From positions 23,064,001 to 23,128,000 of the forward strand of contig CM120642.1 in NCBI GenBank assembly GCA_051362555.1: a stretch of 64,000 nucleotides of DNA. The letters run 5' to 3'. The notes beneath the pieces were generated by a model. The model was given only the letters and a program-made list of their open reading frames with translations. It ran no database searches and was not told the DNA's origin. Origin of the DNA: Lingula anatina. Taxonomy: Eukaryota > Animalia > Brachiopoda. The translations under genes and the position numbers were made by a program. Shown piece after piece: positions 52,591 through 64,000 of the stretch; the stretch's first letter is position 1; each line of letters begins with the position of its first letter.

Positions 52591-55500
52591 CTAATAGAGG
52601 AGTGCCATAACAAACACCGTCACCGCCATTAAAATAACAGCATTCACATTCAAAATCCGCTGCCATTTGATAGTTTCTTGTACAGACGGTAGTTCTGTTG
52701 GCCGGATGGATTCTTCGGCAGATCCAGTGGGGCGTCCTTTGCTTGGTACCCCGCATAATATGCTGAAACATTTCTGCTTCACAGTTGGTGCAGCACTGCT
52801 CTCTGTAATCAAGAAATGTCAGCAATATTCAGTAAAATATTTTTGTGGGGGAACAAGTACGGGTATTAACACCTGTCATTGTAAATGGCAAAGGTAATTC
52901 AAGTATCTAAATAAACTGCCTGTTTCTGTATGTTTAAAATGATGAATATGAAGAAAGAAGAATGCTGACAAAAATTGACAAAATTCAACATAGCTGTAGA
53001 TAGATTTAATACCGGTTTGTTTAATATACCAAACCTTCTGACTGTTTCTGTTCTTCATTGTTGGTGCCCGGTCCAGCGCCAGGTTCTTGTGTGTGTAAAC
53101 TGAGGGCAGAGCTTCTTTTTCTGTTCCGCGTGAACCACGTCGTACCTGCTAACTGATATAAAGAACGAACGATAAGCATCACTCTTTTTCACTTGGAAGC
53201 TTCTCGTTGGCTGTCTGATGCCTTGTGGTTATTACCTGTATTAAAATATGTTATATCGTTTCAGTAAGATTCCTTTTTGACAAATCATAAGGTTAATCTA
53301 AAATGTCTCAATGTAAATATATGATAAGATAAACAGAATAAACCGATGGGTGGAAGAGTGCACGAAAGACTATTTAAAGACAAACATCTGGAACCTCCTT
53401 TACACTAGACGTCGTCCTTTCTCTGTCATTTGTGCGACCATGAAACTAACAGAAAAGGAGGCACAAACATCGCTTTGGTTACAAAATGAATGCTTAATGA
53501 TCGACCAGTTGTCCGCATGTTAAAGATGCATACAAAGCCAATATTTTGCCACAAAAAACCGACCAAATGCCAGCATATAGTTTCAAGTAGTATAACTAAA
53601 AGAATTACCAAAAGGCACTTTTTAATTTTCCCCGAAAATGATGTTTGAACGGATTTTTCTGCCAGCATTCTATGCTGTTTGTCAATGGGGCAGAAAAGTA
53701 GGTCACGAAAGTAGTTTAAATTTCCGACCAAAAATTTCAGGAAAGGAGCAGTCGGAAGCTCTTTTATTGCTGATCAAGTGATCTTTTCAGTTTATCTCTT
53801 GGCATGTCAAATTTATTTGAGTCGTATAAGAAACTAGTAGAAGTGGTTTTACTGGGAATCCACACTCCACCGATGCTCGACTCGTATGTACCTTTAAGTA
53901 TTATTTATTTATTTATATTGCTCTCAAAAGGGGACGAACTACGGGACGCAAAAAAGGACGCCGTTCAGCGTAAAGGGGGCTTAAATGGAAGATAAAATAC
54001 AATCAAGTAGTGGCAATATACATATACCTGAGAAGGCTCCCGAGGAGTGGCCAACAGACTGATCACAACAATTGCGATAGCGGAGATTGCGGTGTTCAGG
54101 ATGGAGAAATGGAGGTAGTGAACCTCAGCCAGCACGGCAGGTCTGGTGTCCAACTCCCCGCAGCCATGTTTAGGATACGACCAGTCCAGTATCATTCTAG
54201 TGACCCCTACAGCTGTGCCGATTAAAAGGCCCCAGAAAGCCCCCTAAAATTTAAATATTTTTCAACACTTATCTTATCATAGTATAAGGCAATATGTACA
54301 CGTAGAACATTTATTTGAGCATCCTTTTACGGCCATGTAAATTACATTGTAATTCCATAAAATAACAAAATTTTGAAGCAATATGTTCACCAATTCGTTT
54401 TTTATAGATCAAAATAGCCTTTTTTACTCACCGGGTGATCTAGCAACAGTATAACAAAGGCCAAATACGTTTAATCAAAATAAATCAGAAACACAATTAT
54501 TTACTTGTTCCGTAATTCTGTTCCACGCCGCTCCGAGGAGGTACACCATACACCAGGGCGGAGCGATATATGCGTAAATTGACTGCAAGTAGTTCCACAG
54601 CTGTCCCCCCTGCACTGCATTGAGAATGGGAATCCAGGCAATACTGACGACCACCAACACCAGGATAAATATTCTGCAAAATATAAATATTCCATATTGC
54701 TGAGCGGATTGAGTTAAATATGTTAAACTAGATATATTACGGGCATTCTATTCGTGCTTTTTCAAAATACCTTTTCCGATTATCTTAATCGGCGTTTCCA
54801 AATAATGATATTCGAAAGTAAGATAATTCTCCACCAAAGTGGTATGCTAGACTCCTTATTAAAATGTGTTGTTACCTTCCTACAATCATTTTCTCTGTCT
54901 CCGTTGCTTGTTTTCTCATCTTGGTCCATATATCTAAGGTAAAGATGCTGCTGGCGCTGTTGAATATAGAGGTTAATGTTGTCGTCAGCGCGGACAGCAT
55001 GACAGCCAGTATTAACCCCCGAAACCCTACATATTGAGATATGAGTGATGAGAACTGTTAGCAAATCAAGCCTTTTTCACATCGGGCCAAACAATTTTTT
55101 ATCACACAAGTGTCATACTCTCTGACCACAGGGCGCGATAATAGTTTGTTACAAAACTATTGTATCGCCAATACTTAAAATTTTTATGCTAATTTAGAAG
55201 ACTCTGATACCAATGGGTTCCAGATCTACTAGTTAATCAAGGGGGGGTGTGGTAATCTCCCTTTCTTGTAAAGTACTATTAATGTATGTACCGACGAAAA
55301 GAAATTATTCCACATAAAGGCAGTGTCTCGTGGACTTCGTTTAGTGACTCGCGATATTATAAGCAGGGATACAATATTGTCAATATATATACAAACTTGT
55401 GTGATACAGAAAAATGTAACGTTCGACGTGAACAGGACCAAAGGCGCTGGATTTTGCCGAGGGGAACAAAAGGAAAAAAAAAACAGTAAAATAATCTCCT

Positions 55501-57083
55501 ATACATATGAAGGGCGTAAGAATGCCTTACTTTTTGGTATAGGTGGGAGGGTAGGGAGAAGAGGAGACCAGGGTGCCTCAGAATCAGAGAGGGCGCGTTT
55601 CCTATGCGACGAACCCTCTCCCCTCGGTTCCAACGTTGTAAGACTTGAACACACACTGGCACACACTGGTGTTTTTTTTAATAGAACACAAGAACACAGT
55701 GTAATGATTCGTAGCTTTTCTTTTCACGCCAGTGAAATATACGCTCTTCTGGTTGTATATGATGCTATATAACATGTAAGCGCACTCATGCTTTCCTATA
55801 ATATTTACCAGTGTGTGTGTGTGTGTTTGTTTGTTTGTGTGTGTGTGAGAGAGAGACAGAGAGAGAGAGAGAGGGACAGGGAGAAGAATGGATTTCCTTA
55901 AAATCATAGTTTTTGTTCCTGCTATTAGAATGTCACAAAACCACAATAACGTAAACGGTCCAAGTGATTACCCATTGGCAAGATTTCCACCACTAGTTTG
56001 GGATATGCTATATTCGAACAGCCGACTCTATTTTGACACACACTCATACAAATGTCGGGATTTACACAAGCCACTTCATCTGAAAGAGAATTGAAGAATT
56101 CGGTGAAATAAATGAATATGATTACAATCTACCCTCCCCCCCCACTCCCCCCCCCCAAAAAAAAAAATCCGCGTAACAAGCAGGAGTGCTTTTATTCTAT
56201 TCTTTCAATTGAAAACCTCATCATGCCAATAATTACGACGAAAACATGTAAATGTAAAATTAATAAATACAAACTTTTTTCTTTTCTCTCACTTAGACTT
56301 GTGGTAAAAGTAAGCTACAAATATGGAATTTAGAAGAAAAAGATATAGTTGATAGAATACTTGGAAACAGAACCCTGCTGACCATGCCCGGTACGATGAG
56401 GATAAAGAATGGGAGCAGTTTCAGATATCCGGCCACTATGATGCCACCCTTCGCATGCTCAATTGTCTTGGCGGCCAGAGTACGCTGAACGATTATCTGA
56501 ACAAACAATGAATGTATTTTATTCTTGATATAACTCTAGAAGCGTTCTCAGTATGCTTTAAAATGCTAAAGAAATCAATAAACGCAGTGGACGACAATTC
56601 AAATAATTGAAAATTAATTGATTTAGAATATATGGAAAAAAGACATTGTCAATGAAAATTTTAAGGTTATTTAAGCACTTTAAAAGCGTTGCCATCACGG
56701 TGCTCATTTTTGTATAACAAGAAGCACCCGACGATTTTTTTAGGATGTGTTTTCTAAGCAAAACCACGAGTTCATTACGATAATATTCCTTCGAATGAAA
56801 ACATTTTAACCTGTTTCTCTAAAGTACCTGTTCGTTACACCACACAAGTATAGCTGGCGCCATTGTTCCAAATATCAATCCTGTCCAGGGAAAGTCTTGT
56901 GTGTCCGGAGCTCGGAATATGTTTAAGGAATCTGAAGGCGGGAAACCAGCGGTGACGTTATTAGCACACTGCGTCACGTTGGGAGCTGCGTACATGAAGT
57001 CGTCGAAGAGATTTTCCAGACCTCCTACTTTTTGGATGCCTGCGTGGGACAAAATTAGAAATAATACTATTACTTGAATGCTT

Positions 57084-57134
<51 letters not shown>

Positions 57135-60100
57135 GACAAAAGCGCGCGCACACACACAGATTTGATCAATATGGTTGCTTCACTGACAGTTTCATAAGGT
57201 TTGTTGACAAATAACCACATCATTCATGACAAATGCATAATAAAATAGCGACTGGGGTGGGGAATTCCCCTTTGCCTCCCCTACACCCTCCGCTTGTACC
57301 TGCCGTACTTGGAAAAGTGTGTATATATGGGTGTGTGTGTGTGGGGGGGGGGGGGGGGGGGGGTAAGCTCCTTCTTCTACGCCTGTGGTTCGTAATAAGC
57401 CAGTGTACCTGCTCTTTATTCGCCTTACCTATAACCGCCATAACAATGCCGCCTCCTATCAGAATAGCTGTTTGAACAGCGTCTGTGTATATGACGGCAG
57501 ACAGGCCTCCCAGCACAGTGTATACCGCAGTGATCAACACCACGCTGATGGTGGCTATGTACAGGTCCCAGCCCAGAGCTTGCTGGATGAAGATGGCGCC
57601 TGAATACACTGACATCTAGAATGAGGAAAAAATATTGCGAAATTGCATATTTTAATGGTTGCAATTGGCAATCGCCCGTTTTCTTATATTAACATAATAT
57701 TGTGAAGTCATTGAAGTTGTAGGATTTCATTTTTTGTTTAAATGTTCAATCGGTATAAAATGTCCACATTTAGTATCCATATACATTTAAAGTTTATAGA
57801 AAATTGAGTTTGTGCGCAAAAAATTCACAAATAACGTCTTGTGGCCCTATATTCGGCGCAAATGCCATAAAAATAAACATTGTCTGGTATTTTCGACATT
57901 CTTTTGGTTATAAGGACATACTGCATGTACATAAGCGCCAATGAAGAAAGAAAAGATCAAGGGAAGGTTACAAATAAAACGCTGTTCTAAAGCGTACACA
58001 ACATCTTAACAAAATGCATAACTTGTTTTACTGAATTAAAAATACGTACGGAAATCTTGGTTACAATCATCAAGAAAATGGATAGAATGGATAGTGACAT
58101 TCTTAGCCTCTCTCCGCCGTATCTTTTCTTGAGGTATTCTGGCATTGTGTAACACTGAAAAGATTACAGAAGACGAGTTCCCTCAATTACCAAATTGACG
58201 AATTATTTGAAAACTCAGACAAATCCATTATTTTGTGCACGAGATAAAAATTCCCAAACGACCAACCCTGCCGGTCTGGAGCGTTAGATAAAAATCCTCA
58301 AGTGGGATTTGTCCTTGCTTTTGAACTTTCTTGCCACATAGTAACCAACGAAGGTATAAGAGCTAGGTGATATATTAAAAGTGACAATGTGTAAAATCTT
58401 GACACTTCTAAGGTCAGATAGAAACATACCCCTGAGGAAATGTAAATTGGAAGAAAGAACCATCCTAGCAACAGAAGTGGAAACACTGCCTGAAAGGAAA
58501 AAAGCAACCAACATAGATTACAGATTATATGCATTTCTTCTTTAATGTTACAACAAATGTGAACTATGACCTTTATATGTCTTTGTATCAAAGTATTGAT
58601 GAATTGAAAACGGTGACCGGACAATGTTCGTCAGTAAGACGGCATACTGAAATAAAGTATTTTGAATTCTGATAAAGAGATGTTTGAAGTTTGTCCTTTT
58701 CTCAGTAGCTTTTATTCGTAGTATAATTTACTGCTGTGACACACTTTCATTACACTAACCATCCATTCAAACATGACTACAGCAACTCCATTGGCGGCAG
58801 CTGTCCCGGCCTGCCCTATGAAGAAATGGCTGCCGATGTTTGTGGCAAACACAGAGGCTCCCACCTAAAATGTTGACTAAGATCGTTAGATTTGTATCTA
58901 TGTTGGACTTGACTGAATGGGGTTGACGAATCAATTTATGTAAGAATTAGTTTTTCTGCTTGCTGTATCAATAAATAGTATTATTTTGATAGAATAATTT
59001 TTATCAAAGTGCAACTGTGATGTTATAATGCATGCAGTGTTGTGAAAATACAGTGCTCTGTTATATCTGTAGAATAAGGTAAGATGCTTGCTTGAACACT
59101 TAAGAGTGCTGTTACGTTTGAGAGTAGTTCTGTGAGATAAAGAAGTAGCGCTGCAACATATAGGAGTTATATGTATACTGTGGAGTGATCTCCTCCCAGA
59201 CATCAGCTCTGGAGATTACTGGGTCAACATTTCGCAACTCCGTTGTCAGGTTAATACTTACGGACCTTCTGTGAGAGAACATCAGTTGATATCAATTTAA
59301 TCCTACGTTTGTTTAAGTACGATCAGATACTATAGTAGCCTATCAATTCATAATATAGTTTCTATTAAGCTTATGAGGGTAATGTCACTGGAAAAGATGC
59401 CAAGGCGGACCCAGGGTTTTGTAAAGCGAGGCAAAAATACATGTAGAACAGAAAGCTAAGACAATTTTCTGTAACGCTGTATATGCATAGCTCGAATGCT
59501 TATTTGCAGAGCACAATGTTAAAATTGCTTGGTTATGTCAGTATTCACTTGTTATACGTTTTTCTCCCCCCCCCTTTTTTTTTGGGGGGGGGGGGGGGAG
59601 GGTAAAAGGGGTATGTACCTCCTCCGAAACTATGGAAGGAAAACTGAACTACTGTGCACCTCCTGGGTCCGCCATTGAAATGGAATGATTGACATAAAAC
59701 TCACCGGTAGCCAGGTCATGTCTTTGCCGGCTAAGAAATACCCCTTCACTGAATCCTGCTTGTTGGTTCGGAAACTTGTCTGTAAATAGTTTGAAAAATA
59801 TTTTCATTTATTTCCCCTAATTAAAGCATAAACGGCACCGCTAAAACTCATAAAATGAATAGAAATCGGTTCATATTGAAGGTCAACCCCCTTACAACAA
59901 CATGCAAATTTACCATTTTTACCGTCTAAAATAAAAGCGGGCCTTTTTTAGAAGTACTTTCTTGCATAATATGTCCTCCTTAGCATATTTTCACAGTCAG
60001 AACGGTCAACATTGTGGCTATCTATCCAATTACAAATTGACATAACCTCTGCCAAAGTTTGGTCTGATTGAAATAATCATTCTCAAATCTTGTCACTCAG

Positions 60101-60207
60101 TAAAGTCATACATAAGGGGCACAACATAGTCTTACCCACAATCCAACGCCTAAGACGACTGCAAAGTACAGAACAATTGTAAGGATGTCCACCCAGTTGA
60201 TAGCCAT
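52591..60207 (-). CDS. SLC5 sodium:solute symporter (SGLT/SMIT-like), 14 coding exons, ~641 aa
   Basis: Exons (minus): 60207-60136, 59779-59705, 58864-58760, 58489-58430, 58154-58050, 57615-57429, 57039-56828, 56496-56361, 56079-55972, 55026-54876, 54673-54505, 54243-54028, 53152-53035, 52802-52591. All GT-AG with consistent phase, 1926 nt in total. Hallmark motifs: [111 protein letters not shown], and the final helix [11 protein letters not shown]. The paralogue cannot be assigned. Confidence 0.95.
57085..57160. repeat. (CT)n(CA)n microsatellite
   Basis: Directly visible. Confidence 0.9.
59401..59677. mobile_element. MITE with GGCGGACCCAGG-type TIRs (hAT-like)
   Basis: CAAGGCGGACCCAGG at 59401 pairs with CCTGGGTCCGCCATTG ending at 59677. 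Internal poly-C/T/G runs are present. No intact TSD is visible. Confidence 0.6.
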
Positions 60208-60388
60208 TGTTCTTGAACACGTCTGGGTGAGGCCAACAGTTTCTTAAATTTCGGAAGGACCGAGTCACAGCGAGTGCAGGGCCTCGACGCTGCGAGCTGA
60301 CGTAGTAAGTATGTCAGCAAGCTGTTATCAATTTAAGCCTAGTAACATACATGAAGGTTATCGTGCCTTACGTGCAGAGTGTAAGCTA

Positions 60389-60584
60389 GGGCTTATTCCC
60401 AATGGAACTATCGTTCTTAACTGCCAACCAGACTAGCAGATTAGCGTTGAGCAGAATAAAAAAAGCTGGTGATTATGCGAGTGCGTTGAAAATAAGATGA
60501 GTGCTAATCTGACTGCATTTAGCGAGAGTCTCCGCGGAGCTGGAGAGATCTGCGTAGAACGATGGTTTCATTGGGTATGAACCC
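60389..60584. mobile_element. Internally deleted copy of the 38480 MITE family, upstream of the SLC5 start
   Basis: Ends are GGGCTTATTCCCAATGGAACTATCG / CGATGGTTTCATTGGGTATGAACCC. The core AAAAGCTGGTGATTAT..AGT.CGTTGAAAA and TTAGCGAGAGTC is shared with ~38606-38682. Confidence 0.75.
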
Positions 60585-61465
60585 TAACTGTACAGTTTCA
60601 TCCTATTTGTCAGAATGTTTTCCCAAAGATGATATGTGGAGTATGTGGAGGGGGAAGGGCAACATATGGTACTCTCAACCTGAGGCCAGACGAGTGATGA
60701 AGTAATTTTTGAATTTCTGTGCCAAAATGCTCGCTGGCCACAGTACAGAAATGTCCATTCAGCTAGATAAAGAAGGATTTGCGAAAATCGGGTGTAAATT
60801 TTCTCGGTGGACCTTGGCTATGGCCCTCTGCGCACACCTACTGTAATAAAACCCAAGCGCTCTACCCATGGTGCCATATAGTGTGTGGGCGCAAAGAGCG
60901 CATTACATCGAGAATGCGAGTCTGGAGTAAAGATCTAGATTGCATGCTGAGTATTTTACTGGGATAGTGGCTCAAGTCCTCAATAAGTCTAGTTCAATAA
61001 AGTTACTATTGTCATTAGTTCTAGGTTATAGAAATTCCACTTTCAACAGTACATCAGCTAACCTTGGGTCTCTCCGCACCAGCTACGCTGTGGGCAGCAA
61101 CTTGATCGAAGTCATGAGTTGTGACCTTTCATTAGAAACGCTGCTATGTGTGTCTTGTAAACGTTACATATGTCCTTTGAACGCTTTCAAAGATACCGGT
61201 GGACAACGAAAACACGGACGAAAGTTGATCACCCTACTAGGGTCAGAATAACTTATCGAAAATGCGGTTTCTTTCAATGTATAGTATAATCGAATAATTT
61301 ATGACAAGCCCCTGATGCCTCTTCAGATTTCGTCACCTATAAACAATTTTTTTTAATTGTAAAAGCATTATTTACGTGTATAAATATTTTTACTGGTTCT
61401 ATGCCAACGTCGTGATATTTATACTGTTTCCATGCCAGTTTGAGATTGTTTTTCCTGTTTACGGG

Positions 61466-61473
61466 TATAAATA
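61466..61473 (+). promoter_or_regulatory. Candidate TATA box of the CTHRC1-like gene
   Basis: GGGTATAAATACAG begins 77 bp upstream of the ATG at 61543. Confidence 0.55.
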
Positions 61474-61542
61474 CAGCAAGTTTTCCTGTTACGAAAACCA
61501 GATAAGTCATTATTTCGATAACCAGTCAAATAGGCAGAATTT

Positions 61543-63422
61543 ATGATGAACTGCTTAAAAAGCATCGTTATAGCTGTTCTGGCAGTTTACTCCATTTTAG
61601 CCATGTCAGCACGTGCTCAAGTGCAAGTAAGTTATCAAATTTTAACTATTTATGAATTTTAGTCCTACTATACTGAGCATGGAACCGGCGTGTCAAGCAA
61701 AGTTTCAAGTCTTCAACATTCTTTCACGGAGCAAGTTACGTGTTTTCAGATGAATTGTTTGGAATGTGGTTTGGTGCTCTTTCAAATGGTCTAAGATTTG
61801 AATACAGAAGGCATTTATCTTGGTGTCTAAACAATTTTATTATTTCCCTGTCAGCAGTGTGGCGAGGACGGTAAGGACGGCAAGGACGGTACCAACGGAA
61901 CGAATGGCAGAGACGGTAGGGACGGGAGAGACGGCTTGCAGGGTGAGAGAGGCCCGCCAGGACCTAAGGGAGAAAACGGTGAGGTTGAAACATATAATGT
62001 TATGCTGAGAAGTTTATGGACCTTGAGCACAATTGAGAGTGGTTGTGTTTTCAGGAAAAGGTGATTAAGGGAATTATAACTGTAAAAAGAAAACAAATCA
62101 GTAAAAACAACAAAGGCAAAAGTAATTTTATGCTCAAGCACGTAAAAATAAAGATAGACACTTTCTTTGATTTTGCTAAACCTGAGATTATAGTGTAAGT
62201 TTGAAAGAAAAAATCATTTGATCATGTTGACACCATCATTCAGTTTAAGTTATTGAGTAACATATCTCCCAATGAATACATAACCCTGTGTACTTGTATA
62301 GCTAATGTTTTCGATATTCTGTTTTTAACAGGTTCACAGTGTTCTCCGAGAAATATTAGACAGTTCACTTGGACGGATATCAACGACGGCAAAGATGACG
62401 GTCTGATTAAGGTAAGATAAATATTGAGTCTCATACAGAAAAAAGCAAGATAGTTGAATTTATACTACTTTATTTCTCAACATATTGCACCTTCCCACTC
62501 CACACACTTTTCCAATCTACTTTGCCAGTCACTGATACCAGATGGGCTAGGTATTCTTGAAAGTTTTTTAATTAACCTTCTGTTTAATTTAAGGAGGTGA
62601 CATTCTTCAAAGCCGAAATGTCAACTATGCTCCGAGTGGCTTTCCACGGTAATATCCGCGTCATGACCCCTGCAGGGCAAATCGAGAGCTGCCGGCGTTA
62701 CTGGTTAACATTCAACAACACTGAGTGTGAAAGCCCAGCATCTATTGATACACAGTTCTATTCTACCCATCAGTATAATATTCACCGAGATTCCACCCGT
62801 AAGTGTTCTTATAGAAAACTTTTGTGTGTATGTACAGGAATGTGTAGATGTGCACGTGTGTTCTTTTCCGTGCATGTGTATTTGCATGTGTACCTTGCGT
62901 GTTATTTACGCGTGCTGTGTTTGTATATTTTACTGTATATGAATAATTAGGATTAATGTGTCTGTCGATCTGTACTTTTGTGCGTGCGCCGTGTAAGTTA
63001 AAATATTCTGCCAGTCTTTGGAATTGATTTGTATATTTTTACCTAAATTAAGGATGGCTAAAGAGAAAGTAATAGACTTAGAGGAAAACAATTTTTGTAA
63101 AAAAAAGAACATGCCTATAGGCTGTAGAATATGTAAGCAATTAACTAAATTACGGAACCTGTCGGGATATCGTGTCGTCATGAAACGTTTCCCGCCAATA
63201 ATTAGTATTCTTTGCCTTAAAATCAAATGCCTCAAGTCGACACGCCTGATTATGAAATTCACTGTGTACTTTATAGTTGAAGGTATCTGCGAGCACTTAC
63301 GGTCGGGACAAGTTGTGATTGGTGTACATGTTGGCCCTTGCAAGAGAGGAGAAAGTCAGTTAGGAGGAGATGCATACACTGGCTGGCACAGTGCAACCAG
63401 AATTATCGTTGAAGAAATCTAA
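61543..63422 (+). CDS. CTHRC1: Collagen triple helix repeat-containing protein 1-like (secreted), 5 coding exons, ~212 aa
   Basis: Exons: 61543-61626, 61855-61978 (NAGNAG acceptor, alternative start 61858), 62332-62411, 62594-62798, 63277-63422; 639 nt in total. The protein has a signal peptide MMNCLKSIVIAVLAVYSILAMSARA and 13 Gly-X-Y triplets (GED GKD GKD GTN GTN GRD GRD GRD GLQ GER GPP GPK GEN). The C-terminal domain N.RQ..W..INDGKD.GLI..TF.K....LRVAFHGNIR..C.RYWLTFN.TEC.SP..I....NIHR.STLEGICE..GQV.IGVHVGPC..GDAYTGWHSATRIIVEEI matches the CTHRC1 family. It may be one of several paralogues. Confidence 0.92.
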
Positions 63423-64000
63423 CAGCCAATCGCCTTTGTGTTCACAAGAGGGCTTCCTTTGTCCAGAAATTAGACGATCTGATGTCATCGAAGGCTTGGG
63501 GTAATTTCTATAAATACTAGGAAGATGGAGTCGCTTACAGAAATCAACTTGACTGGAAGGAAGCTCGCGATTGTTCCTACTGAAAATCGATGTTTTTCTG
63601 TCCTCTTTACTGAATATCTACATAAATCTTCAAATGACAAGTAAAACTCAAGGGAGGTTTTTAAACAGTTTTAATGTAATACGTAGCAATAAAAAATTAT
63701 ATAGTTTAAGAAAATATGTTATTTTCCCACTAAAAGCGGCATCCCATCTGTTGGCGTCATATCAATTTTATGGTGTAAAAAAACTAATTTTGTTTGCAAG
63801 TTTGCCTCTCACCGAGACGGATGCTAAACAAAGCTCACTGCTACATGTATTCGTGGGCAGTGCAGAGAAAATACAAACTGTCACAAGTTTTTATTTATAG
63901 GCACGGTTGAGATATCCAGTGGATATACATTTATGTACATGTTCTATTATTTTATAATAAATCTGCCATTATATACTGATGTGGGTGCGTGTTGGGGGTG

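Noticed and set aside
61851-62141. Minus-strand Pro/Ser/Leu-repeat ORF
   Set aside because: It is the antisense shadow of the CTHRC1 collagen exon.
1-64000. tRNA, rRNA, snoRNA or miRNA genes
   Set aside because: I recognised none by eye, and the hairpins found are explained by MITE or Helentron termini. An Infernal/Rfam and tRNAscan-SE run is needed to exclude small intronic RNAs.

Overview
AT-rich, intron-rich animal DNA. It is probably from a lophotrochozoan invertebrate such as a mollusc, inferred from the repeat types and not proven. I reconstructed four spliced genes by hand from GT-AG sites and codon phase, arranged <-NOS1AP | NSMF-> <-SLC5 | CTHRC1->. (1) NOS1AP/CAPON (DYC-1-like) PTB adaptor: minus strand, 10 coding exons over 33.5 kb, about 683 aa. 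(2) NSMF/Jacob/NELF homologue: plus strand, 13 coding exons, about 389 aa, with an N-myristoylation motif and two IQ motifs. It is almost invisible in the ORF track and lies head-to-head with NOS1AP. (3) SLC5/SGLT-like sodium:solute symporter: minus strand, 14 exons, about 641 aa, with a remodelled substrate pocket. (4) CTHRC1-like secreted short-collagen protein: plus strand, 5 exons, about 212 aa. Introns hold several MITEs, two Helentron/HINE-like elements with ~160-bp internal arrays, a decayed Tc1 transposase and microsatellites. CpG is scarce across the NOS1AP body and common from about 36 kb onward. The most notable observation is a divergently transcribed pair of two genes whose vertebrate homologues both relay NMDA-receptor signals, one of which (NSMF/Jacob) is usually described as vertebrate-specific. 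All homology calls come from remembered reference sequences; no search was run.
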